From positions 1-49,572 of IMG/VR virus record IMGVR_UViG_3300012971_000008: a stretch of 49,572 nt of DNA; one strand, 5' to 3'. A program made the translations under genes and the position numbers. The notes under the pieces are model-generated. The model saw only the letters and a program-made list of their open reading frames with translations. It had not been told where the DNA came from and ran no database searches. This DNA comes from a virus (Duplodnaviria > Caudoviricetes). Positions 7,743-14,902 of this stretch are shown in pieces; positions within the stretch are counted from its first letter, which is position 1; every line of letters starts with the position of its first letter.

Positions 7743-8009
7743 ATGGCAGTCGAGCACGAGCCCGTAGCTAGAATGAACGGTGGAGGCGTCTGGAGTGTCG
7801 CTACTTGGGTAGCCTGTTCTTGCGGGTGGAATGAGGACGGCGATCAAACTAACAAATGGTTGGATCACTTCGCGGACAGTTCGGTATGCGAGAACTGCGA
7901 CCACCCCTGGCGCCTGCACACTGCCGACGGTTGCGAGTACACGGCTGACCGGCCTGATCCCTACATCGGACAAGTGGCTTACGAGTGCGGTTGCAAGAAC
8001 AAACAGTGA
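7743..8009 (+). CDS. Cys/His-rich small protein
   Basis: CSCGW, CENCDH..H, CGC motifs; GGAGGAG RBS. Confidence 0.65.
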   Translation: MAVEHEPVARMNGGGVWSVATWVACSCGWNEDGDQTNKWLDHFADSSVCENCDHPWRLHTADGCEYTADRPDPYIGQVAYECGCKNKQ

Positions 8010-8266
8010 AACGCACGCTGTTTAACTCCGGCAGCATCATCTCCGCTGGCTACGACTACGCCAAGCAAAGCCTGGAGATCGAGTTTACTTCGCTCAATGT
8101 CTATCGTTACAGCAACGTGCCCAAACGCATCTGGCTAGAGTTCAAGGCGGTACTAGACAAGGCGAACTACTGGCAGCAATTCATCGGAGGACAGTATGAA
8201 GTTACCTGCACGACGCGGCGCCAGCAAGTCTTCCCCGCGCTCAAGGCGCAAAAAGACAAAACCTGA
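8006..8266 (+). CDS. KTSC domain protein
   Basis: SGSIISAGYD....LEIEF....YRYSNVP is the KTSC signature. Confidence 0.85.
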   Translation: MKRTLFNSGSIISAGYDYAKQSLEIEFTSLNVYRYSNVPKRIWLEFKAVLDKANYWQQFIGGQYEVTCTTRRQQVFPALKAQKDKT

Positions 8267-9656
8267 AACCGCCATTATCCGCGTCCCGCCGCCGCCGGAT
8301 AAACCATGGGAACTGACCGACGATCATATCCGCATCCTGACTAACTCCATCTGCAAAGGTGCCACACCGGCACAACTGGAGGCGTGCCTGCTCATCGCGC
8401 GCCGCCGCCGCTTAGACCCGTTCCTACAGCAGATTTGGTTCGTTCCGCGCTGGGACAAAAACGCCATCAACGCCGCTGGCGGCAAAGGCGACCACGTGTA
8501 TACCGCGCAAGTGGCGCTGAACGGGTTGCTCTATGCCGCTGCGCGCGACCACAAAGACACCTTTGGCAGCGTTTCCATTCCCGAGTACGGTCCCATGATC
8601 GAGGTGGACTACACCTACAACGGCAAGACTAAGACCATCAAGGCGCCGGAGTGGGCTAGGGTCGAGGCGCGCAAGCTCGGGCAGCAGCCCGGCGAGGGCT
8701 CCTGGGGTGAGTGCTATTGGGAGGAATACGCGCCGTTCGACGTGGGCGATGCGCCATTCTGGCGCAAGATGCCGCGCCGGATGCTGGCCAAGTGCGCGAC
8801 TGCGCTGGCCGTGCGCGAAGCTTACCCGGACCTGGGCGGCCTGTATATCCCGGAAGAGATGGACCGGATGGGCGAGGATTTCACCGAATCCGGGCGGCGG
8901 ATCGTTGAGGTTCCCGCTGGAGGCACCCATGCCGCTTCACAGGCGGTCGCAGCGAGGATAATTGCCGACGCGGCAGCGGGGAAGACCATAGAACTGGAAC
9001 CTGACCCGCAAATCGCCCCTAACAAAGAAATCCGGGGAACGATTGAAGTGGATTGGACGCAAAACGAGTCCAGTCCCATCGTGCGGGGGGACATTTCCGA
9101 CGTGCTGCCCATCATGGAAAAGAACTTCAAGATGGTCTGGGGCAAGGATAGCTGGTGGCATATCGCGCCTGGCGACGTGCTGAACGGACTACCGGAAATG
9201 TGCAAACAACTTGGTTTTGAGCTAAAACAGCTATTCCCGCAAAAGACTTCCGCGCCACCAGCCCGAAAGGAGGTCAAGACCAACCTTTCCAGTAGTCAGC
9301 AGGGCTCGGCAGGGCCGAGGACACCAACAACTACCGCCTCCGCCGAGCCCGAATTCATGCGCGGGGTCATCACCCAAGCCAACCCGGAAACCGGCAAGAA
9401 TCCGCGCCTCTCGGTGTTGTTCAAGATCGACAAAAAGAGCTATTGGATGACGGCGTTTGACACCAAACTCTTCCCGCACCTGGTGAAGGGTAAAGGCCAA
9501 GCCGCGGAACTGATCGTCCTGCGCCGGACCAAAGGCGACAAAACCTACACAAACATCGTGGGACTCCGGCAGGTCGGGCCACAGTACTTCGACACGGACG
9601 GCTTTACTCCGGTCATGCAGACCAACCGCGAACCCGGCGGCAAAACTTTATTTTAA
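8196..9656 (+). CDS. RecT/Red-beta (Bet) family ssDNA annealing protein with long C-terminal extension
   Basis: LDPFLQQIWFV, W.KMPRRMLAKCA.A.A.R.AYP.LGGLY.PEEM. Confidence 0.88.
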   Translation: MKLPARRGASKSSPRSRRKKTKPETAIIRVPPPPDKPWELTDDHIRILTNSICKGATPAQLEACLLIARRRRLDPFLQQIWFVPRWDKNAINAAGGKGDHVYTAQVALNGLLYAAARDHKDTFGSVSIPEYGPMIEVDYTYNGKTKTIKAPEWARVEARKLGQQPGEGSWGECYWEEYAPFDVGDAPFWRKMPRRMLAKCATALAVREAYPDLGGLYIPEEMDRMGEDFTESGRRIVEVPAGGTHAASQAVAARIIADAAAGKTIELEPDPQIAPNKEIRGTIEVDWTQNESSPIVRGDISDVLPIMEKNFKMVWGKDSWWHIAPGDVLNGLPEMCKQLGFELKQLFPQKTSAPPARKEVKTNLSSSQQGSAGPRTPTTTASAEPEFMRGVITQANPETGKNPRLSVLFKIDKKSYWMTAFDTKLFPHLVKGKGQAAELIVLRRTKGDKTYTNIVGLRQVGPQYFDTDGFTPVMQTNREPGGKTLF

Positions 9657-9666
9657 GTACTAGGTC

Positions 9667-9695
9667 TTGTAATCTCACTAAATTAAGGGTAGCTT
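9667..9695 (+). promoter_or_regulatory. Putative sigma70 promoter
   Basis: TTGTAA-N17-TAGCTT in an AT-rich gap, followed by AGGAGGAG RBS. Confidence 0.45.
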
Positions 9696-9733
9696 CTCTC
9701 GCACCAGGAGGAGCTAAAATGATCGGGACCACC

Positions 9734-9895
9734 ATGCCTAGGAAAGTAAAAGAAAAACCCAAAAACCATATCACCATTCTGGTGCAGCCGGAGTTACGCG
9801 CCAGTATCGAAGCGCTGGCTAGCAAAGAGCGCCGTTCCATCGCTATGATGTGCAAGATTTTGCTGGAACAAGCCTTGCAATCCTACAAAGCCTAA
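9734..9895 (+). CDS. Arc-like ribbon-helix-helix protein
   Basis: MPRKVKEKPKNHITILVQPELRASIEALASKERRSIAMMCKILLEQAL; not in the ORF track; alternative start at 9719. Confidence 0.8.
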   Translation: MPRKVKEKPKNHITILVQPELRASIEALASKERRSIAMMCKILLEQALQSYKA

Positions 9896-10231
9896 ATGCT
9901 CACCGATGCCGCCAAACAAGTCTTTGTCGAGGCGACCGAGCGCCGCAAGGAACGCTGGATCAAAAACAAGAAGATCGGCTTTATGGCGGACGAATCGCAA
10001 ATCGAAGTGTTCAGCATGATTTATGACGGCTGGTGTCAACGCTTCGGAAAAGAGGACGCCGTGGACTTTTTGCTTTCCGCTATGTGCGAAGCGGAAGCCA
10101 GATTGAGAGATTGGGATGTTGCACGACGAGCAAGCAAAAAAGCAGCGTGGCTACGTCGAGGCCAACAGCGTGGTACGAATGGACAATTCCGAGCGCCTAG
10201 TGGGACGGGATTGGACAAAGCGCAAGCGTGA
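9896..10231 (+). CDS. Hypothetical protein
   Basis: Starts immediately after the RHH stop codon. Confidence 0.65.
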   Translation: MLTDAAKQVFVEATERRKERWIKNKKIGFMADESQIEVFSMIYDGWCQRFGKEDAVDFLLSAMCEAEARLRDWDVARRASKKAAWLRRGQQRGTNGQFRAPSGTGLDKAQA

Positions 10232-10439
10232 ATTGGCCAACCGCAGCGGCGGGAGGTGCGAATGGATAAACGACGTTGGCGAAAGATGCAGAAGCGCCGC
10301 ACGCGATCCGCACCATATCCGGCCAAGGAGCAAGGGGCGCAACGATCAGTTATCGAATTTGATTCATCTTTGCGGTCTGCACCACGAACGCTTCAACTGG
10401 CGCAAGTTACAGTGGACTCCAAAACCAACACCACAATAG
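10116..10439 (+). CDS. HNH endonuclease
   Basis: RSGGRCE..C..DPHHIRPRSKG..D..SNLIHLCGLHH; start uncertain. Confidence 0.8.
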   Translation: MLHDEQAKKQRGYVEANSVVRMDNSERLVGRDWTKRKRELANRSGGRCEWINDVGERCRSAARDPHHIRPRSKGRNDQLSNLIHLCGLHHERFNWRKLQWTPKPTPQ

Positions 10440-10486
10440 GTTGTGTTTACAGTGGACTCCAAAACCAACACCACAATAGGTTGTGT
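10407..10486. repeat. Perfect 40-bp tandem duplication
   Basis: TTACAGTGGACTCCAAAACCAACACCACAATAGGTTGTGT twice. Confidence 0.95.
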
Positions 10487-10772
10487 GAAGAGGTCTTAGT
10501 AAAAAAAAACCTTGTTGATTCTATTGGATTTAGACGAGTTTTCCACAGGTTTTCCACAGGCTGATGGGAGGGGGTTTGGTACTAATCGTGCTATCTTCGG
10601 TTTGCGTTTTCAGTAAGGAAACCCCTACTAAAATTCTTGTTCTGCGGGTGAAGCGTCCGACCAGGACGCGAGGGGCGGAGCCCCTTCCGTGCAGGGAAGT
10701 AAGAAACCGCTAGGTTTCTTACTTAAATAAAAAGGGAGGTTGGGAACCGTAGGTTCCCACTAGAGAAGCCTA
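10487..10772. other. Putative replication origin
   Basis: AT-rich non-coding region; two TTTTCCACA DnaA boxes (10539-10547, 10550-10558); several hairpins; directly upstream of dnaB. Confidence 0.65.
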
Positions 10773-12107
10773 ATGAAAACCAAGAGAAGAGAGAATGCAG
10801 AAGTTTACGAGATCGCAGACAAGCTACCGTGCGACACCGAAGCAGAGAAAACGCTGCTCAGCGCAATTCTCTGTGGGCATCCACACACCGCAGAAATTTT
10901 CGACATGCTGGATTTTGACGATTTTTACGATTCGCGGCACGTATTGATTTTCAAGCACTTAAAGAAATTGTGGGACAAAGGCCAGCTTGCGGAACTGCCA
11001 GCACTTGCGGATTCGCTGACTGCTTCCAAGAGACTGGAAACGGCTGGTGGAATTGAATATGTCGCAGGCGTAGCAGAACCAGTGCCCTTCAAGACCCGAG
11101 TTGATTTGTACTCGCAAAATGTGCGCGGAAAAAGAGTTTTGCGCGAATTTATGAAAGCGTGTCAAGACTGGACAGAAACTATCAACAACGACAACCCGGT
11201 CGTGGGGGATTTATTGGATGAGGCGAAGGAGCGTATTTCCGCGCTGGCTATGCAAATCACCGGAGATGGATCAGGAAAAACTTTCAAAGAGGCAAGTGTG
11301 AATTTGATCGCAATATTGAAAGAGCCTGAATCGGTGGGGATGCTCACCGGGATTAGCGAAGTGGACGAGCGAACCGGAGGCTTCAAACCTGGGGAGCTGT
11401 GCATCATTACCGCAGACACCGGAGTGGGAAAAACTTTTTTTGCTTTGCAGATTGCGCGCAAAACCTGTGCTCTCGGCAAGCACCTCCTGTATTGTTCCGG
11501 GGAAATGCTAGCGGAGCATTTAATGGGTCGGGTTTTGAGTTCGCGATCCGGGGTCGCTTACGAAAAAATCCGCAAGCCACGCTTGTTAAATGAAATAGAG
11601 TTTATGAAACTACTAGAACTTGCCACAAAACAATGTCCCGATTGCAAAGTAGCTGATGGGGAATTGAGTCTGCCAAAGATTCGACTAGCCGCGCGCAGTA
11701 TGCCGCACGCTAACTTTGGTGGCGTTATGGTGGATTACGATGAATTGGTGGAGGTCCGAGGTAAGGATGAGTGGGAACAACAACGTATCCTGATTCGCTC
11801 CATGAAGTCCTTAGCTATGGAACTAAAAGTTCCGGTCCTGGTGGTTTCGCAATTACGGAAGTTGCTTAGCCCAGAGGAACGCAAGCGACCTACATTGCAG
11901 CGGTTATACGGCAGCGGATCGAAAGCCAAGCACGCCAGCATTGTGCTCTATGTGGAGCGCCCATTCGTACAGCAATTGACAGGTGACGAAACAGAAGCCA
12001 AGGTATACATCCTAAAAAACCGGGATGGCCGGATGGGACAAACTAATTGCAGTTTTAATATCCATACTTTGACTTTTGAGCAACGCCAGAATGCTAACGC
12101 CAAATGA
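10773..12107 (+). CDS. dnaB: Replicative DNA helicase, DnaB family
   Basis: N-domain AEKTLLSAIL..DDFYDSRHVLIF; Walker A ADTGVGKT; SGEM, VDY, VSQL, KNRDG motifs. Confidence 0.95.
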   Translation: MKTKRRENAEVYEIADKLPCDTEAEKTLLSAILCGHPHTAEIFDMLDFDDFYDSRHVLIFKHLKKLWDKGQLAELPALADSLTASKRLETAGGIEYVAGVAEPVPFKTRVDLYSQNVRGKRVLREFMKACQDWTETINNDNPVVGDLLDEAKERISALAMQITGDGSGKTFKEASVNLIAILKEPESVGMLTGISEVDERTGGFKPGELCIITADTGVGKTFFALQIARKTCALGKHLLYCSGEMLAEHLMGRVLSSRSGVAYEKIRKPRLLNEIEFMKLLELATKQCPDCKVADGELSLPKIRLAARSMPHANFGGVMVDYDELVEVRGKDEWEQQRILIRSMKSLAMELKVPVLVVSQLRKLLSPEERKRPTLQRLYGSGSKAKHASIVLYVERPFVQQLTGDETEAKVYILKNRDGRMGQTNCSFNIHTLTFEQRQNANAK

Positions 12108-12348
12108 AAAACAATCCCTGGTCGAAGCGATGCTCACCGAAGCATGTGAGATCGAGGAGCCGCACGTTGTCCATGAACTGGCGCAACTCGCTTGGCATGA
12201 CCTGAAACTGATGGAGTCGCGTTTGAACGAAATTATCAGCAACGCCGAGATGCGCGGCCGCATGGAAGTTTTACTGGAGCGCGCCTGGTACTGCCAGCAC
12301 AGCCTAGCTTGCCCGAATTGCGGGGGACCGATGGAGATACCGTTCTGA
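12091..12348 (+). CDS. Hypothetical protein with C-terminal Zn ribbon
   Basis: CQHSLACPNCG; overlaps the dnaB end. Confidence 0.65.
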   Translation: MLTPNEKQSLVEAMLTEACEIEEPHVVHELAQLAWHDLKLMESRLNEIISNAEMRGRMEVLLERAWYCQHSLACPNCGGPMEIPF

Positions 12349-12554
12349 TGCCGCACCATTACACCAAAGACATTGAGGAAACATTTTACTGGTGCAAAAC
12401 CTGTGGACGAACCACTGTGCATCGCGTTAACAACTGCCGATTGCAACACTGCTTAGAACATGGTCCCAAAGTGAACGAGCGCGGCGAAAACAAAAAGCAG
12501 CAGCAACAGCGCGAACAGCGCGAGCGCGACCAGCAAAACCCGAAACTCTTTTAA
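12348..12554 (+). CDS. Small Zn-binding protein
   Basis: CKTC..H..C..C..H; ends QNPKLF; TGATG coupling. Confidence 0.65.
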   Translation: MPHHYTKDIEETFYWCKTCGRTTVHRVNNCRLQHCLEHGPKVNERGENKKQQQQREQRERDQQNPKLF

Positions 12555-12564
12555 CGAGGCCATT

Positions 12565-12885
12565 ATGCGGAATTTTACTATCTGGTTTGTGCTGACATTT
12601 TTCCTGTTGCAAGCCAGCACTAAACCAGCAGACGAGCCCAAAACCGTGAAAGCGGACGCCGACTTCGCGCAAACCTACATCGAGGTGATGCAACTGCAAG
12701 TAACTATTACCCAGATCGAGCGCGACACCGGCATTGACAAACTACGTGACCGTTCCAACCAGAAAATAGCCGCACTGCGCAAGTGGATGCAGCAGCACAA
12801 CGTGGAAGGCTGGCAGTACGACGACAAAACGCAAACCTTTACCGAAAAGAAACCGGCGACACCGGCAGGAGAAAAAAAGCCATGA
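12565..12885 (+). CDS. Secreted coiled-coil protein
   Basis: N-terminal signal peptide MRNFTIWFVLTFFLLQA; GAGG RBS. Confidence 0.7.
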   Translation: MRNFTIWFVLTFFLLQASTKPADEPKTVKADADFAQTYIEVMQLQVTITQIERDTGIDKLRDRSNQKIAALRKWMQQHNVEGWQYDDKTQTFTEKKPATPAGEKKP

Positions 12886-13133
12886 GTACCAAGGAACGGC
12901 TTGCACAAAAACTGCATTCTTTGGGATTGCTCGAATTAGAACGACGCGCGCGGCAGGGTGAGTTCTCTGACTTTGAAGGTCCGCACGCGACTCCAAAAGT
13001 AGTCCTAGTGCAAGAACTGACTGGAATAACGAACGCGGCTGAATTGCGGCAACAAGTCATGGATGGAGAATACGACGACACCAAGGAAGAAGCGGAGGCA
13101 TGGTTTCAACGAGAAGGGAAGAGTCTATTATGA
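12882..13133 (+). CDS. Hypothetical protein
   Basis: ATGA overlap; ARQGEFSDF..P..L..V.DGEYD pattern. Confidence 0.7.
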   Translation: MSTKERLAQKLHSLGLLELERRARQGEFSDFEGPHATPKVVLVQELTGITNAAELRQQVMDGEYDDTKEEAEAWFQREGKSLL

Positions 13134-13264
13134 ATCTCACACACTTTGAAAAATTGCTGCAACGCCGCTACCGCCGGTACTTGTGGCGGGACCGAGCTTG
13201 GCTCGTGGCCCTGGTCGTCGTCGCTTACTTGTGGGCGATCGGCTACGCGCTACGCGAGTGGTGA
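13130..13264 (+). CDS. 44-aa membrane peptide
   Basis: ATGA overlap; TM AWLVALVVVAYLWAIGYAL; not in the ORF track. Confidence 0.55.
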   Translation: MNLTHFEKLLQRRYRRYLWRDRAWLVALVVVAYLWAIGYALREW

Positions 13265-13267
13265 GCC

Positions 13268-13579
13268 GTGATCCGACTGCGCAAAGCCGACTGGAAAAAG
13301 TTCGTACACCCGATGGGCGGCGATTGGTATGCCTGGGGCGACACGCGCGTACACGTCGCGAAGGAAATGGGCTTGTGGCACATTTCGATTAGTTGTCCAC
13401 ACCGCTACCCAACCTGGGATGAGATTTACACCGCTTGGTACGATCTGGTACCCGACGCACCCGACATCAACGGAGCCATCATCCTGCCGCGCAAAGCGGA
13501 GTACGTGAACGCACATCCAAACTGCTTTCACGTCCACCAGCTACAGGACAAAGAAATCCCTGCCGGAATTTTGCTCTAA
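13268..13579 (+). CDS. Conserved phage protein (WHISIS..RYPTWDEI..YVN.HPNCFH)
   Basis: Recognisable phage hypothetical-family motif. Confidence 0.8.
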   Translation: MIRLRKADWKKFVHPMGGDWYAWGDTRVHVAKEMGLWHISISCPHRYPTWDEIYTAWYDLVPDAPDINGAIILPRKAEYVNAHPNCFHVHQLQDKEIPAGILL

Positions 13580-13615
13580 AGTCTTCGCCGCGCCAGAAAA
13601 GCGAGGACACAATCT

Positions 13616-13786
13616 ATGTGGGGACATCTGTGGTGGGGAATCATGTTCTGGGGAGTCGGGCGGATCGTGGATGCATACATGGAGTACGGTCCACCCGACG
13701 GAGGCTTAGGTGGTGGTGGCGGTGGCGGTTTCTCAGACTCCCGCTGCCACTACGTTCCCGGAACCGGAGTAGTATGCAGCAACTAG
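13616..13786 (+). CDS. 56-aa Trp/Gly-rich peptide
   Basis: GAGGA RBS; not in the ORF track. Confidence 0.4.
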   Translation: MWGHLWWGIMFWGVGRIVDAYMEYGPPDGGLGGGGGGGFSDSRCHYVPGTGVVCSN

Positions 13787-13857
13787 CGTAATCCCTGATC
13801 CCGCGAGTGGCGAAAGGCCGGGCGGTATGGCAGTATCGCCCGGCAAAGGGAGGACCT

Positions 13858-14025
13858 ATGATTATCGTGCTTTCTTTACTGGTAGCCCTGGTTGGAGCCC
13901 TGCTGTACGCGCTCACTTCTAACGCTAAACTGCAAGAAATGGGCAGACTGGCGTTTGCCGTTGGCTTGCTCGCGTTCCTGCTGAACTTCCACGGCGGTAG
14001 CGTCAACCTATTGCCGCACTCATAA
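13858..14025 (+). CDS. Two-TM small membrane protein (holin-like candidate)
   Basis: GGGAGGA RBS; two hydrophobic helices. Confidence 0.65.
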   Translation: MIIVLSLLVALVGALLYALTSNAKLQEMGRLAFAVGLLAFLLNFHGGSVNLLPHS

Positions 14026-14053
14026 AAAAGGGAGAGGCGTAAGCCCCTCCCCT
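14024..14053. terminator. Terminator between the convergent early and late arms
   Basis: AAAAAA-GGGAGAGGC-GTAA-GCCCCTCCC-TT; U-tract on the - strand. Confidence 0.75.
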
Positions 14054-14059
14054 TCCCTG

Positions 14060-14704
14060 CTACTTGAACATTCCAGCCTGGTCGATCACCACGCCGGTTG
14101 GACGCGGAGCCGGTGCTTTCACCACGGGAATGGATGCGGTGTTGGTCAGTGGGTCCGGTACAGTGCCACTGTCATCCGGCGGCATCTGCGAGGATACCGT
14201 CAAATCAAAAGTAGTTAGTGTCGAATCCGCCGGAAGCGATGCGACTACTGCATCCTCACTCGGATCGCTGGCATCGAACGGTGCCAGACTCACCGAAGGA
14301 TCACTTGCCGTCCAAGTATGGACGGTCCCGTCCGGGAATGGGGTGTCCGATGGAACTGGCAAAGCTACAAATTTTGCCTTTCCACCAACTGGTACTCCAA
14401 CTATAGCCATAGGTTTTCCTCCAATTGACTGTTTAATTTCCACGCCTGATGGTCTAGGCGGGGGGTGTTCTTCTTCCTCACAGCACTCGTCAATTTTTGC
14501 TATGAGAAGATCAACTTTGTTGTCCAACGTCTGGATGCGGTCACCGATGTCATCCTGTTGTCTGCTGATTACCACCAAGGATTTCTCGATGCGTTCCAGC
14601 GAATCCAGCACCTTTTTTTGGAAAATCAGGGTTGGACCATCAATAGGGATATTGGGTGGCCGGTGGTGTTCTTCCGGTTTCTTGGGCTCCGGTTTCTTAG
14701 CCAT
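14060..14704 (-). CDS. Coiled-coil plus Ig-like domain protein; possible internal start at 14410
   Basis: HTWTASDPSV Ig-like motif; GGAGG RBS before both ATGs. Confidence 0.7.
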   Translation of the reverse strand: MAKKPEPKKPEEHHRPPNIPIDGPTLIFQKKVLDSLERIEKSLVVISRQQDDIGDRIQTLDNKVDLLIAKIDECCEEEEHPPPRPSGVEIKQSIGGKPMAIVGVPVGGKAKFVALPVPSDTPFPDGTVHTWTASDPSVSLAPFDASDPSEDAVVASLPADSTLTTFDLTVSSQMPPDDSGTVPDPLTNTASIPVVKAPAPRPTGVVIDQAGMFK

Positions 14705-14876
14705 AGCGTCGTTTCCTCCTCGTCGGTCTTCGATGGACCACCATAATCAGCGTGGGCAAGCCCGCTTTGACGCTGGGCAGCGGCGTAACAAACGTCTGTT
14801 GCGTTACCGGGTCGAACATACGCAACGCTATCTTCCCGTCGGTCTGCACTAAAACGCTGTTGATGCTGTAGGCCAT
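14697..14876 (-). CDS. Hypothetical 59-aa protein with basic tail
   Basis: GAGG RBS before the ATG at 14876. Confidence 0.5.
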   Translation of the reverse strand: MAYSINSVLVQTDGKIALRMFDPVTQQTFVTPLPSVKAGLPTLIMVVHRRPTRRKRRYG

Positions 14877-14902
14877 GAAGCCTCGGCAGATTACCGCAGC
14901 AT

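Noticed and set aside
10407-10486. CRISPR mini-array
   Set aside because: Two abutting copies with no spacer, and no cas genes
13792-13851. Hammerhead ribozyme (CTGAT...CGAAA)
   Set aside because: Core reads CUGAUCC rather than CUGAnGA, and there is no UH cleavage triplet after stem III
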